DNA of 63,575 nucleotides from the NCBI RefSeq assembly GCF_002571385.2, contig NW_019217823.1, positions 1,035,508-1,099,082 on the forward strand, written 5' to 3'. A program made the translations under genes and the position numbers. Source of the stretch: Stylophora pistillata. Its lineage: Eukaryota. Positions 24,393 through 40,155 of this stretch are shown here, piece after piece. Below the pieces are notes generated by a model. The model worked only from the letters and a program-made list of their open reading frames with translations, was not told the DNA's origin and ran no database searches. Position 1 is the stretch's first letter. Every line of letters starts with the position of its first letter.

Positions 24393-27300
24393 TCAGTTAT
24401 TTGATGAATTCATTTCCTTGTATTCTGTATACTTTTTGCTTGATCCCTTTACCAGATCAGCAGGATATTTCTTAGAATTCAGTGCTATTTTAGCCACTAC
24501 TTCCTTGGGTAGATCAACATGACATTTTTCTGCAAGTCTCACCAAGTAAACAAGTACATCGCTGAGTTCTTGGGCTAGATGATGCTTCTCTTTGGGAGAC
24601 CAATCTGGAAAAAGCAATCACAAACAATTTGCTGAGATGCAGGGTTTTCCTTTTTGGCCAGTGACCAGCGATTTTCACCGCCTGCGAATGGCTCCGTCAC
24701 CAGCAACCTAAAAAGTCGTTGCTGTTATATAATTTTAAATATTTTAGACAAATAATAAACACTTTGTATGTTGTCTGACAATGACGTATAAGAAACGGAA
24801 ATCGATGAAAAGTACATATTTCAGCAAAAAACAAAGAAGAATTTTTACGCGTGTACTGGTACGCGACATTCATTGGGCCATTCCATTTAATATCCACACC
24901 CCCCCTATTGAAGGCCTAGGATTTCTTGGGGGGAGGGGGGGTCAATGCTATATTTTTTCTTAGGGGGTTCAACCATATTTCTGTGAGGGGTCGCCATAAA
25001 GTACACTTAGAATGAACGGCCCATTACAAATTTGCGCAGTCAAGTCATGCATCACTGGCATCCCTTCAAGCTTCAAGATACATAAATCATTCTATTTTTG
25101 CATTTAAATAAATTACTATTTGAAAGCTCAATTATCTTCTTGATTTATCTGCTTTTAACTGTTTTAGTTAGAACAGATATACTTTAACTAGGAACTACTT
25201 ATTCTCACTAAGCGAAAGCTTAACAAATATTATCTTGGGTCAAGTCCGAAGTAAAGTACGTCTCAACCGATCATGTGGGATGCAATTGCAAAATATTTTC
25301 TGTGATGTTTGTATTTTTGTTTACCTTTCATTTCTGTGTCAATATATCTTTATGTGAAATTCTTCCAGATAGATTCAAGTGTTGTTTTACATTAATATTT
25401 ATAAGTAATGTGCCCAGTATTGCCAATCAACGTGGCAGAAAAGGGCTGCATTTTATCAAATACATTGTTATTTCTTGTGTTGTTAAGCCTGTTCATTTCC
25501 TTAATTTAAGCACCCAAAATGCAACAGATTGCATCTCAGATCACGCAAATTTTCAAAATTTCTGGGGCAGCATGCCCCTGGACCCCCCTAGTTGTTCATG
25601 CCTTTGGCACTCAGGTTGGGCGCTACGCACCCAAATTGTCTCCACCTGCTTTCCTTTCATCCGACTTCAACTTTCTTTGAGAAGGAAAACCCTGGAGATG
25701 TGGTTCAAAATTCACCCAGTACAATGTACAGTTGTAATCTTCTGATTTCTAAGTTTTGTTTGCTACTTGTTTTTAATATAAGAACTATTCATGAGATACA
25801 TTTGAATTCTTTAATCTCTGAAACCTTGGCTTTGGATTTTTCTGATTCTAGTCCATTTACAGGCCATTCCCTCCTTTCCATCATGTTTCTCTGATGATTT
25901 GCTTGGGGCATTTCTCAGTTACATTCCTAGGACTGGAGAGGTACTATAAGAGTTAAGCATTTTGCCCAAAAACACAACATAATGAGTGGCCTTATGCTCT
26001 GGTCCTGAAGGCTTGAAATGACCGCAGGTCAATAAAAAATGTCTGCTCAAAAATAGCTTTTGTCAGTCAAATCTTTAGATGGCCAGATCATTTCCTTCAG
26101 TTGTGTACACTTGGAAAAAAATTGGAATCTCAAGTTTCTGTATTTTAAGGTTTAACATTGTTGAATAACTTTTTAAAGATCTTTTAATTTTTTAAAACTA
26201 AACTAGTAAGCAGCACTCTGTGGACCGTGGTTGCAAAACATCTTTTTCCCCAATGCATTTCCTTTAACTGTCATAGACTTCTTCAGGAAGTTTTTACAAG
26301 TTAACATTAAACACCTGTATTTATAAGCCACAGTTAAAGGGTTATTACAGGGCCAATGACCAAATAGGCTTGGCCTGACTTATGAATAGGAACAGTTTTG
26401 GCTAAAATCATGGCCCCCAAACATTTTTCTCACCTTACCTGGAAAAAAATTTCAAATTTTTTCACAACTTTGCCTGCTCCTGTGTTGATAGGGAGAGTGG
26501 AAGGAACTAATTTTCAATGGACTAGCACCTCATCCAAGGGAGACAGTAGCAGTATTCCTAGTTGTTTCATGCAATTTATTTGTGGGCCACATGGCTCTAG
26601 ACTTATAACTTACAAGAGAAAGGAGTGTTGCTTTCTTTCTTTCAGTTATTTTGTGGTGGAGATGGTCCTGAAAAGAAAGTAAGGACACTTCTTGTACTCA
26701 CCTGGGAGTCCTTCCTTTACTTCACCTTTCCATTGGCTATAAATATGAAAAAAGATAAGGGAAAAGATAATTTTAAAAGCTAGGCAATTATTTAATTAAT
26801 GTTTGGGGTACAACAGGACAATAATCTTTAAATCAGTAATATTTTACTTACAATAATTCTGCTACTTCTCCAACTTCTCCAACCTATGACAAAAGCAGGG
26901 ATAAAAACTAAATAAATATATTAAAACAGAAGATCTATACTGAGAATTCATGAGAAATTAAAACAAAAAGTTTGCCTTTTCTCCAATTGTTACTTGGAAA
27001 ACACATGCGGTCAGAGAAGACTGCCACCATATTAAAGTGGGGAGCCTATCTTTGGTTAGGACCAAAACTTAACTTAAGTTGTGTCCTCCTTTTTACAAAT
27101 TATGAGAACCAAATAAAGGAGACAATGTCATTGAGAGCATGTACAAGAGAAATGATTCAAATTTTGTGAACCCTCCTTTCACATATTAAGCAGCTGTATT
27201 CTTAAACAACAGGGACCCCAATGATCTTCATTTTGCAAGAGAAAGAAAAAGGTTTGTTTTTCTTGGAAACTAAAGCACAAAAAGAGGTGCAGAAAGTCAA

Positions 27301-27673
27301 GTGTACATCAGGTAGTTCAATCCCTAAGACAGGTTCATTATCAGTGATTAATTAGCAAGGTTTTATACCATTGCAAGCACAAGATTTCTGGGCTGGTGAA
27401 ATTGATCCCAGTCTCTTTCTTTAGCGAACTTGGACTGCATCTGTCGGCTGAAAGTAAAGAAAGAAACAAAAAATTGAACATCTTAATAATAGATTAATTC
27501 ATATCAACCTGCACTCATATCGATAAAAAATCGAAGTGAAGAAACTCATTACTAGCTGTAAGTGAGTATGTGTAATGCATATGTTATATGCAAACGAGTG
27601 CAGAGTTAGCTCACATTTTCTCCAAAGAAGGCACTTCGCTGAACCTAAAAGCACTCGTTTCTTGAACATCCAT
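24393..27673 (-). CDS. DCTPP1: dCTP pyrophosphatase 1 (MazG-like), 5 exons (27673-27615, ~27447-27369, ~26883-26852, ~26737-26702, ~24605-24393)
   Basis: FAKERDWDQFHQPRNLVLAM-VGEVGEVAELF-QWKGEVKEGLP-DWS...ELSDVLVYLVRLAEKCHVDLP...KKYP; GT-AG introns. Confidence 0.95.
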
Positions 27674-27966
27674 GTCTTCAGCGTTCACCAGCGAGCTATC
27701 GCACAACATAGTCGACATTCGATCGTTCAGAAAAAATTAAATAACTCCAATATTTAGCGGCGAAATCACGGAACGCTTCACTGCGAAATTCGAACGATGG
27801 TGAAGATGGTGAACAATTGGCGCCAAAATGACGTAGATATCCCATAAGTCTTTCTAACATTGCAAACCTGACCATCATCCCTTGTTAAAAATTAAGTACA
27901 ACAGCCGCCATCTTTGCACGTAAAAGCCGGTTCAAACTTTTTACGGTTCAAGATTCAAGACTGACG
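27674..27966. promoter_or_regulatory. Bidirectional promoter region DCTPP1/UQCR10
   Basis: Divergent ATGs ~290 bp apart in CpG-richer sequence; YY1-like CCGCCATCTT at ~27905. Confidence 0.6.
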
Positions 27967-29201
27967 ATGAGTATTGGGAGAACAGTTTACAACGCCTTAT
28001 TCCGGCGAACTTCCACCTTCGCTGTAACTATTTTTGTTGGAGCATTTACATTTGAGAGAATCTTTGATGTCGGAATGGATAACGTCTGGGAAACCATGAA
28101 CCGAGGGGTGAGCTTACCCAATATTTAGCTGCATATTCAGCATATTTAGTTTCATGCTAAACTTAAGGTTGTGAAGTAGAGAGCTAAAGCTTATACTTGA
28201 GTGATAGTAATGTGAAAGAAATACATTTAGTTATTAACCGCGTCAGTGAGGTTATTCGACACAAATATAAGATCAAACAATACTCAATTGATAGAGTAAT
28301 ATCGCAAGGAAATATTAAATGTACACCATTTTATGAAATTTTTGGTGTTATCTAAAATAAATCAGTTAGGTTTTAATGTATAGCTTTTAATCAGAATTTG
28401 ATCAGCATTTTCCAGAAATCATGGAAACCGAACTATTTGTTGTAGTGGGTAACTGCATGCACTATACTCAGTTAGTCGACTACAGTACATTACTTAAAAG
28501 CATTTAAGTGTTCTGGCAGATGTACTACTTGTGATACAGAATTTGTAGGTTATGACAAATTGAACTAAAGGATAACAAGGTGAATTATGAATCATTAGAA
28601 CAAGAAATTCAGGTATTTTATTTGGTGTCTGTAATGGCAAGTACTTCTTTGTAAGTAAGTTTGGCAAGTACTTCAATCAGTAAAAAACAAGGCTCAACAC
28701 AAACTTTTTAATTTACTAGCCAAACTGGCGTGTGGAAATTGAAAACCACTAGCCAAAACTGAATTTCTACCAGTCTGTAGCTAGTTGGCTACCGTCAGTG
28801 TCGAGCCCTGAAGAAAGATACACAGACCCAGATTATTATCACATAGAAACTTAAAGGAGAGGCATCTATCTCTAATATGGAACTGTCTGACTTTTGTTTA
28901 AATATTTGATAATGGGGTGACTGTAAACCATGATAAATAATTAGAAAAGTCACCCTAGCACCAACATGGTAAGTGTCCTCTTATGAAATCCTATAACAAT
29001 CCTGTCCAAGAGAAAGTTGCTATTCACATTTTCTCTTCAGCTCTGATTTTAGGTAATCAAAAATCATGTGAATACATCATAGTTTTGAATTAGCTTGAAC
29101 AAAAAAAACAAACAATATCTTTTGCCTTATTTTACCACCAGAAATTGTGGAATCACATCAAGCACCGATATGTCCAGAATGCTGAAGATGATGATGAATG
29201 A
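27967..29201 (+). CDS. UQCR10: Cytochrome b-c1 complex subunit 9, 2 exons (27967-28107, 29142-29201); missed by the ORF track
   Basis: MSIGRTVYNALFRRTSTFAVTIFVGAFTFERIFDVGMDNVWETMNRG|KLWNHIKHRYVQNAEDDDE*. Confidence 0.95.
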
Positions 29202-30604
29202 CAGAAGAATTATGAATTATTTAATAGACTAGGAATGCCTTGTCCTGCTAGGCTTTCTTGTGAATTGGGACTTTTCTCCTGCAAACTTTATGTGCTTCAA
29301 TTTCTTGATGATGGGTTATCATTGGTGAATTATATGCTGTGAGAACTGATTTCAACTGTTGTAAATGTCCACTGCTATCTTTCTATAAAAGAAAATAAAT
29401 ACCATTGTTTTGCACTTGTAGTGTTATTTTGGTGACAACTGCTTTTCAGTAAGGGGAAAATAGAAACTTGTTTTTCCAAGTTGAATGTCTTATTTCAGTA
29501 ATGAGAGAATAATGTTTTCAATCAAGCAAACCTTGAAAGAGACAGAACAAAATCTGGTTTGAGTTTCTTGGAATATATTTTTTATACACACTATTTTATT
29601 GAGGTTTAAAACAGCAAGGCAGTTTTCTGTATGATATATTTTTTATTTGAGACTGTGCTAAGTGCTTCCTTTGTCATACAGCTTGGTGAGTGTTGCTAAT
29701 TTAAGTGCAAGAAATAAGTATTGACAAGGAAGTCATATTCTTCCATACCAGTCTCTTCTTATTACTCAAGAAACAGACTGCCAAAGTTTTTGTTCATGAA
29801 AGTAATTCATACTCACATTAAGAATTGGAAGCTTGGTAAGCCTTGTGATTGAGTAAGATTGCTAATAAATAATATAAATATTTAAGTTAACCAAATAAGT
29901 TTTTGTGTTCATTGTATTGCCAAACTTTGGAAGAAATTGGCATTCAGTGGTGTCACTGGTTGTGAGCATATGTCAAGAAGAATACATGGTTGTCCCTTTG
30001 TCTGAGAGAAATAGAGATTGTAAATGCTTATTAATTTTCAGGCCTTCCACACAAGGGCCTTTATGTTGGGAAGGGCTGATTAAAATTCAGGGATGAGAAC
30101 AAGGGGTAATTTCTTTCTGTTTTCAGCTTTTTTTTCAATATCATACATAGTTTTACATTATTTTTACTTGAAAACTATGAAAGGCTTTCAATTACAGGTA
30201 TATTTTGAACCAAATAAATAACAATTCTAAAGTATTTGCTAAGGGGTAGAGGGGACTATGCCTGTAGAGTGGGAATGGAGTCCCACAATGGAGAGCCTAT
30301 TGGAGAGGGGTTTTGTTGTGTATTTGTAGGTTTCAGGAGGCTTCTGTGGAATTTACTGGAAAAAAAAAGAGCTAAACAGGAAGACTATCAATTGAAAATC
30401 GACTCTTATTTTCATAAGATGTATGCAAAGAGTAAGTCGAGCGCGCAACCATAACGGAGCTTCCTTACTGTTGAAGAAAAACGAGGAATAACGAGAGGGA
30501 CTGGCACTGATGAAAGGGACTTGTCCCCAGTTCTTTTTCGATCAACGAGTCGATCGACGACTTGATTGGATTTAGTGGAACATGATGCGAAAGTTTGATA
30601 ATAA

Positions 30605-32464
30605 ATGGACGAATGCGTTAATGATATAGAGGCAGGCTTCTTTGGTGTTTATCTTCTGTACTGTCTAAATCCTCGCTACAAGGGACGCTCTTATATCGGA
30701 TTTACTGTTGATCCTAATCGTAGGATCAAACAGCATAATGGAGGGGTGCAGAAAGGAGGTGCTTCCAAAACTAGTGGCCGAGGCCCATGGTAAATGAAAA
30801 GTGTAGTCCGAGCGTAATAAATTTTCTCTTCTTGCTTAAATGCTGCATTTACATTAAAATTTTTTACTACAGTATTGCTTCCAGTATAGACTAACTTGAT
30901 TACTGACGTAGATCATATGTCAGAATCTAGATGTCTTCGTTGATGACGACCGTAATGATTTTTGAGTTGTTGGTTTGTTCAACTTTTGCTTGAGAATTTT
31001 GTGTTAAATCAAACTTTCACCCAGTTGATAATTTTCCCTTCGCTTCATACCCAGTGTCTGTGATCATTTCCGGATATTGTAAGGTGGATTTGTTTTTTAG
31101 TCACCCCTTCTCTTGAAAGAGTTTTATGAATATTTTGGCTGAAAGAAGGGAAGAAAACAAGGGAACAAGGATAATCCGGGCAGAAAAAAATTGACATGAA
31201 TGCAAATTTCAAACTTGAAAAATTGACGGTAAATTTTTCTAAGGTGCACAAGTGGATATATGTTGGCTTCTTTAGATCTTAAAGGCCCATTTGTGAGATT
31301 ATAATTTAAACTGTTCTATCAAATTTTAACACAAACAATCTTGATCTTGTCAACAGGGAGATGATTTTGATTATACATGGGTTCCCTAGTGATATTATTG
31401 CCTTACAGGTGAATGTTTCCATCTCTCTTAAATTTCCCTATCATTCTTTCTTGATATTGATTTGAATTGTTTGTCTTAATATTTATTTCATCATGACTAC
31501 ACAGTTTGAGTGGGCTTGGCAAAATCCAGGAAAATCCAGACGTCTTCGCCATATCTCTAACAAAAAGACTAAAGAAAAAGATATTGAATTTCGCTTTAGA
31601 GTTCTCTCAGAGATGCTTAACGTTGGTCCTTGGAATCGACTTCCTCTTACAATAAGATGGTTGAAGCAAGAGTACAAAATGGAGTTTGAAAAGCAACCAC
31701 CCACTCATATGCCTATAGCATATGGTCCTCTAAATAAAAGAAAACCTGAGAAAAGCAAGAAGGGAGCTAAAGAGGAATTAAAAGATGTCAGTATTTCCCA
31801 CTTTACTTGCGTGGTTTGCTCTGAAAAGATCAAGGTATGCATGTTGTACAGTAGGAGCATTGCTGCTTTGCTAGCATGTATTCTTACTGTCTCTGAGTGT
31901 GACAACTTTTCGTCACCCTTTTTCACCCTATAATCTTAGAAATTCTTGTCCTTGAATGTACTTTACATTGCAAGTTAGATAGGGACTTTTGCATGCAGGA
32001 TAGTTAAGCTGTCACAAAAAATACTAGTTCTAGTTAGGAGCCCTTCTTAAGATGAAACACCACAGAATGAAAGTTGAAAGAGCTGTCCATTCCAATGTTT
32101 ATCATCCATTCTGTATTTATTTGAGAGCATTTGAACTTGGGTAAAACCCAGATATCTGCTATTGTGACTAGAGGGAGCTAAGAAGAATTTTATTTTATTT
32201 CAGGATGCAGATGACTGCCTTTCGTGTATTTCAGAGAGCTGTCCAATGAAAGCTCATCTCATCTGTTTGGCTAAAAGGTTCCTTATCGAAAGTGAGGACA
32301 ATTCATATCTGGTCCCTATAGAGGGAGATTGCCCAATTTGTTATCACACATTTCTATGGCGAGATTTACTCAAAAATGGCAATGGCACGGAACAAACTTC
32401 AGATTCAAATGCAAATAGCCCTCACTGGGCAGAGGCACTTCAAAGTCAAGAGGACATTCGATAA
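30605..32464 (+). CDS. SLX1: Structure-specific endonuclease subunit SLX1, 4 exons (30605-30789, 31357-31408, 31505-31834, 32204-32464)
   Basis: GIY-YIG GVYLL...[32 protein letters not shown] and a C-terminal RING-like Cys/His cluster. Confidence 0.95.
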
Positions 32465-32619
32465 GCAAAATTTCTAACTATTCAAAAATGGCGAGATTTA
32501 CTCAAAAATGGCAATGGCATGGAACAAACTTCAGATTCAAATGCAAATAGCCCTCACCGGGCAGAGGCACTTCAAAGTCAAGAGGACATTTGATAAACAA
32601 AATTTCTAACTATTCAAAA
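32356..32619 (+). repeat. 132-bp tandem duplication spanning the SLX1 stop codon
   Basis: Copies start at 32356 and 32488 and differ by a few substitutions. Confidence 0.9.
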
Positions 32620-33224
32620 TTTCTTTACTATGATGTGCTCTGTCTTAATTACCACTTAGCAGCAGTTGACAACTGTTGCTTTGCATTACACACACCCCTC
32701 TAAATTACCAGGAATGTTATGTGGCCAATTGATTGGCTGGTGGTGTAAGAGTTGTTCACAGTTAGCCCATGTGTAAATTTCGGCTATGCATTATTTTTAA
32801 TTGAGGCTTTCAATGGCCAAGCTCATAAAATGTAATATTAGTTGAAATTACATTGATGCATTCAGATGCTCTTAATGGAAGTTGATCAATGTTTTCAAAA
32901 TTTCAATTTTTATTTAATTTTGAATTTTCCTCTTCAATCAATAAACAAACTCATGCAAGAGATGAACATACACATTACCGAACCCAGATATTTATTTATC
33001 TCACACAATCATGGGTATAATCATTACTTAATTGCTTTGCTAAACATGTGCCTGTTAAACAGTCCTTGATGAAGATAATGCAGTTGAGGTAAAAGACACC
33101 CTTTAACTGGCCTATCTTTAACATGCACCTCCTGTCTTTGTTAAGGTCTTGTTTAGCACAAGGTAAAGAACAGACCTCACTTTTTACAAAGTTGGAAATC
33201 AAAGGTTTAAATGACAGAATTCTT

Positions 33225-35825
<2,601 letters not shown>

Positions 35826-35925
35826 TTTGTCTTGACCGCTGCAAGAGCGCAGGGAGTTATGGGACAGGCAACTCTATTTCGCGTAACCATTGCATCGTGG
35901 GAAGGTTGAAAAAACACAAACAAAC

Positions 35926-38901
35926 ATGTCGGATGCATTGAGGGCGGCATTTACATCGGTAACAAAGACTGTTTTTCCTTCGTCACGTTCGATACGAAAC
36001 CATCAGCGACATCATTTGGTGAGCACAGGTTAGAAACTATTTTTCACCGAACTTAGTATAATTAATGATTCTTCACATGTTGAAATCCTTTACGATCCTA
36101 GACCTGTCCCTTTTTTAACGTAGCAACGTCAAAATAAACTCATGTGGGACTCAAAATGAATGCATGGCAACAAAACTGCCATGATGTTATATCCTATGAA
36201 AGGCCTCAATCCCGCGTTATTAAAACAAAAAGAAACTTACCGAGGCCTTAGTGACCCAAGTAGCAACTTCTCCCCTCGGCGAATTATGATAGGAGNNNNN
36301 NGAGACGGTATGAAAAAACTTGTACTTCATTTGCATGTACATGTAGTTAATTAACTGACTAATTATCAGTTCATCTTAAAAGGAAATTAAAATTCTTACA
36401 AGTTTTTATATTTAGAACTTAAAAAATACCCATTTCCCAACATGCAACATAATTTACCAAAGGAATGCATTGCAAATTTCATCTCATCTTTACTGTCTTT
36501 CCAAGGAAATGAAATTGTATCTAACTTGGCCCTGCAGATGTCATTGTACTTCAATGTGTATTTTTCCCCTTGTTGGTACATAACATGCATTGTCATGCTG
36601 GTAGCAAAGGTTAGTTAGCTTACATCTACATAACTGTGACTCAATAATGTTTTGTTTTTTAGTTATTTTTGTGTTGCTTGTATTCAGCAAATGTAAGAAC
36701 TAAGAAGCAAGTGGATGTAGTTTGTAAACTTGTACTTCATTTGCATGTACTTCTAGTTAATTAACTGAGTAATTATCATTATACCAAAATCTCTGATTTT
36801 CAGTGAACATAACAGCTACATTTTTGATCACTGAAAATTACAGAAAACTGGTTTAAATTTACTACATAAGCTAATATGTAAGAATGAATAAAAAGGCTAA
36901 AATTAAGAAACTGTGATGCTTCATCAGTGGGCATGTTGCAAGATGATTTGCTTTTATAAACATAATTAATGATGTGAGCTAGCTTCAATAGATTTTAAAG
37001 CTGCCGTTTCAAGCATCAGCCCTTTGTCAGTGAATCGGTTCTGAAAAATGAAATCTGTGTAATTTACATTTATCAACTCAGTTGGTAAAAAAAAAAAAAG
37101 AGATCTAAAACCGCTTTTGGTCTGTGAATGGAAGTGTTATCATAGTACTTGTGTATCTTGTAGTATCAAAAGTTGGACTCAGTATACAAGTTCATTACAA
37201 TTGTCATTTACATTGCCATGGCACTAGTGGAGATTGCTAGACTTTACTTGGGATATGCTGGAAATCTTCAAGAAAAGGTACACTGTAGACAGAGACATTT
37301 AAACTTCCTCATCAAAATAGGTTGAATCTGTTGTTCTTTGATGTTTAAGGGCATAGTCTAATAATTAGAGTACTTTTGATTAAGGCTTTGAGATTTGTAG
37401 AAAGGCAGCACAGGTATAAGAAAGAACAGGCTTGAGCAGCTAGAAAAAGAAGAAAGTAACTTAGAACAAAAAAATTCTTATTGTGTAACTTGTAACTAGT
37501 AAATATGCAATTGGGAATCCTTCTACAATGGAGGGCCAGACTAATGACATTTTGTATTATAACATAACCAAAGTAAAGCACACCCTCTGATTGGTCAATT
37601 TAGCACCCCCCCCATTTGTCCATGGGTGTACGCTGCTGATATGAGCAAATGCAAAGACTATTTTTCCACGTGTGCTTGTTTTTTTTGGTCATGTAAGATT
37701 TGTTAAAAAAAAGGGAACTCTTTAGCTACAATGTATCAATGTTGTGTTATAAAACAAATGGTAAACACCACAGCATACACTATTGAGTTATGGATGCACT
37801 TGGGAGGTTTGCTAAGCACTCAAGAAGCTAGAGTTGCTCTCGGCTATTGCCTTGAGCGACTCTTACGCTTCTTTCGTGCTTAGCAACCTCCCACTTGCAT
37901 CCATAACTCAATAGTGTACACTGTGTTGTTTACCATTTGTTAATTGCAGAATGGCACTTTAAATGCAATGCTTAACTGGTTTGCTTAAAAATGCCATAAG
38001 GTATCTGAAAAGTCTTTGAGCTGAGATGAGATGCAGTGTTGTACCAGCCACTTAATATACTTCAAAAGTGTTAGAAAATTTTTTATTGAAGGAATTNNNN
38101 NNNNNNNNNNNNNNNNNNNNNNNNNNNNNNNNNNNNNNNNNNNNNNGTTATGTTATAATACAAATGGTAAACACCACAGCGTACACTATTGAGTCATGGA
38201 TGCACTTGGGAGGTTTGCTAAGCACTCAAGAAGCTAGAGTTGCTCTCGGCTATTGCCTTGAGCGACTCTTACGCTTCTTTCGTGCTTAGCAACCTCCCAC
38301 TTGCATCCATAACTCAATAGTGTACACTGTGTTGTTTACCAATTGTTAATTGCAGAATGGCACTTTAAATGCAATGCTTAACTGGTTTGCTTAAAAATGC
38401 CATAAGGTATCTGAAAAGTCTTTGAGCTGAGATGAGATGCAGTGTTGTACCAGCCACTTAATATACTTCAAAAGTGTTAGAAAATTTTTTATTGAAGGAA
38501 TTAGCCAAAAGTTACAAAAAACTAAAAAAGACAACAATTTTAATTTCAAATACTTAGACAACAGTGATTTTTTTTGTAAAGTCACCACTTTTCCTTATCA
38601 CCATTTCTTCCTTCTTCAGGTTCCTGAGCTTGCTGGTTTCTGGATCTTGACCCTTGTCCTTCAGCTCCCATTGACACTAATGCTATTGCTTAATGAGAGC
38701 ATGTTGATCATGCCAATGGAGAGAGCTGTCAACATTATTATGGCACTATTTGTTTTGTTTGAGACAGTTCAGGGCTACAGGGTGATAAAAACAATGATAG
38801 ACCACCAGGTTTCAAAGTTTCATGTACAGCAGTTTGATGACTTAATTGAGCTTCAAGAAATGCCAGGTGGGGTTGAAGACGTGGGTTTTAGACCTCAGTA
38901 A
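35926..38901 (+). CDS. TMEM17: Ciliary transition-zone membrane protein TMEM17, 4 exons (35926-36028, 36506-36609, 37164-37277, 38620-38901)
   Basis: SNLALQMSLYFNVYFSP, EIARLYLGYAGNLQEK|VPELAGFWILTLVLQLP, PMERAV; phases are compatible. Confidence 0.93.
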
Positions 38902-40155
38902 ACCTCAAAAGCTATTTTAAATTATGAAGTATGGTAGGCTTTTTTCACATGAAAGGGTCATCAGTATTAAATGCAGTATTTATTTTTGGTGTATGTTAAA
39001 TGTATATATTAGATTAATGTTAGATTAAGTCTAAATTTATTCTAGCTTTTAACTTGCAGTTGCAGTATTAAATTGAAAGAAAAGTTACCTTCATATGTAT
39101 TACATTTGCTTATAAATGAATTGGGGTATTTCCATGGATTTCCATGCCTGAGAAAAGCCATAACTGTGCACATGTAAAATTATAACATTTTTGTGATGTG
39201 TTGAATATTGCCAAAAAGCCACTGACACATCACTCGCCTTACATACCATGCTGTCAGGCTGTTGAATGAATGGTAAAGTGTTCACCATTCTCACTGGTTT
39301 TCTTTCATTAATTAAGTCATTCATTATTCTCTACGTCTTTCTCATAGAGCAGGAAGCGAAGTTGTAAAAATGAAGTAAACCACCTCCTTATCTTTTTATT
39401 GCCCCTAATTTCTCATCTATCTTCATCAGAAAAATTTGACTTCTGCAATCCTTACCCTTCTCCGTTTAAATTGCTTCATTACTTTTCCAAATTAGTCAGC
39501 CCCATTAGTAATTTGAAAATGTTAACAGGTCCAAGAGGCTCATTTTATTTTAATAAAACACTATTTGACAAAGTTTACAATAAGGAAAAGTGTTAAAAAC
39601 TCCCAAATAAACCATAACTTATTCAATAGTGGGGGTGCAATTGAATTGCAACAATTTTGCACCCCCTGAGATTTATCAAAAGCATATGGGCTTCCAGCTC
39701 TTTAGATAAGATCACATTTGACACCTTTAAGTTGTTCATACTCTAGAAGAGCTTAATTTATGGTGGAAAGAAATTGTATTTTAAGCACGTGCTAATTAGG
39801 TATGAAATTTTCAGCATCTATTAATTAGATAATTTGATTAGGCAGGGGATGTTAAAGAACCCACATCACGAGCTTACTGTGATGTGGTCTGGCCTGTTTA
39901 CTGGGAATTGGGGGGAGGGGGCATCTGTTAAAATTCGCCTTTATTGTTTGTAAACTGCCACTGGCAGTCTGGTAAATTCCCCCACGCAGTGTTGTAAAGT
40001 GCCTTGAACATAGGATAAGAGCACTATAGAAATAAAAGTTATTATTATTATTATTTCATTATTCATCAGAACAGGTGTATACAGTTGTGTGTACATTGTT
40101 CAATATAAAAAATATATTTTACATAGAATCAAATTAGAGAGAGAATGCTTGAACA

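Noticed and set aside
35860-35900. X-box in the TMEM17 promoter
   Set aside because: Only partial matches (GTAACCATTGCATC and a GGCAAC half-site); too weak to call.
36302-36780. Short direct repeat flanking TMEM17 exon 2
   Set aside because: About 55 bp, adjacent to an N gap, with no clear significance.
37741-38502. ~355-bp direct repeat within a TMEM17 intron
   Set aside because: Near-identical copies flank an N gap; most likely an unmerged contig or haplotype overlap.
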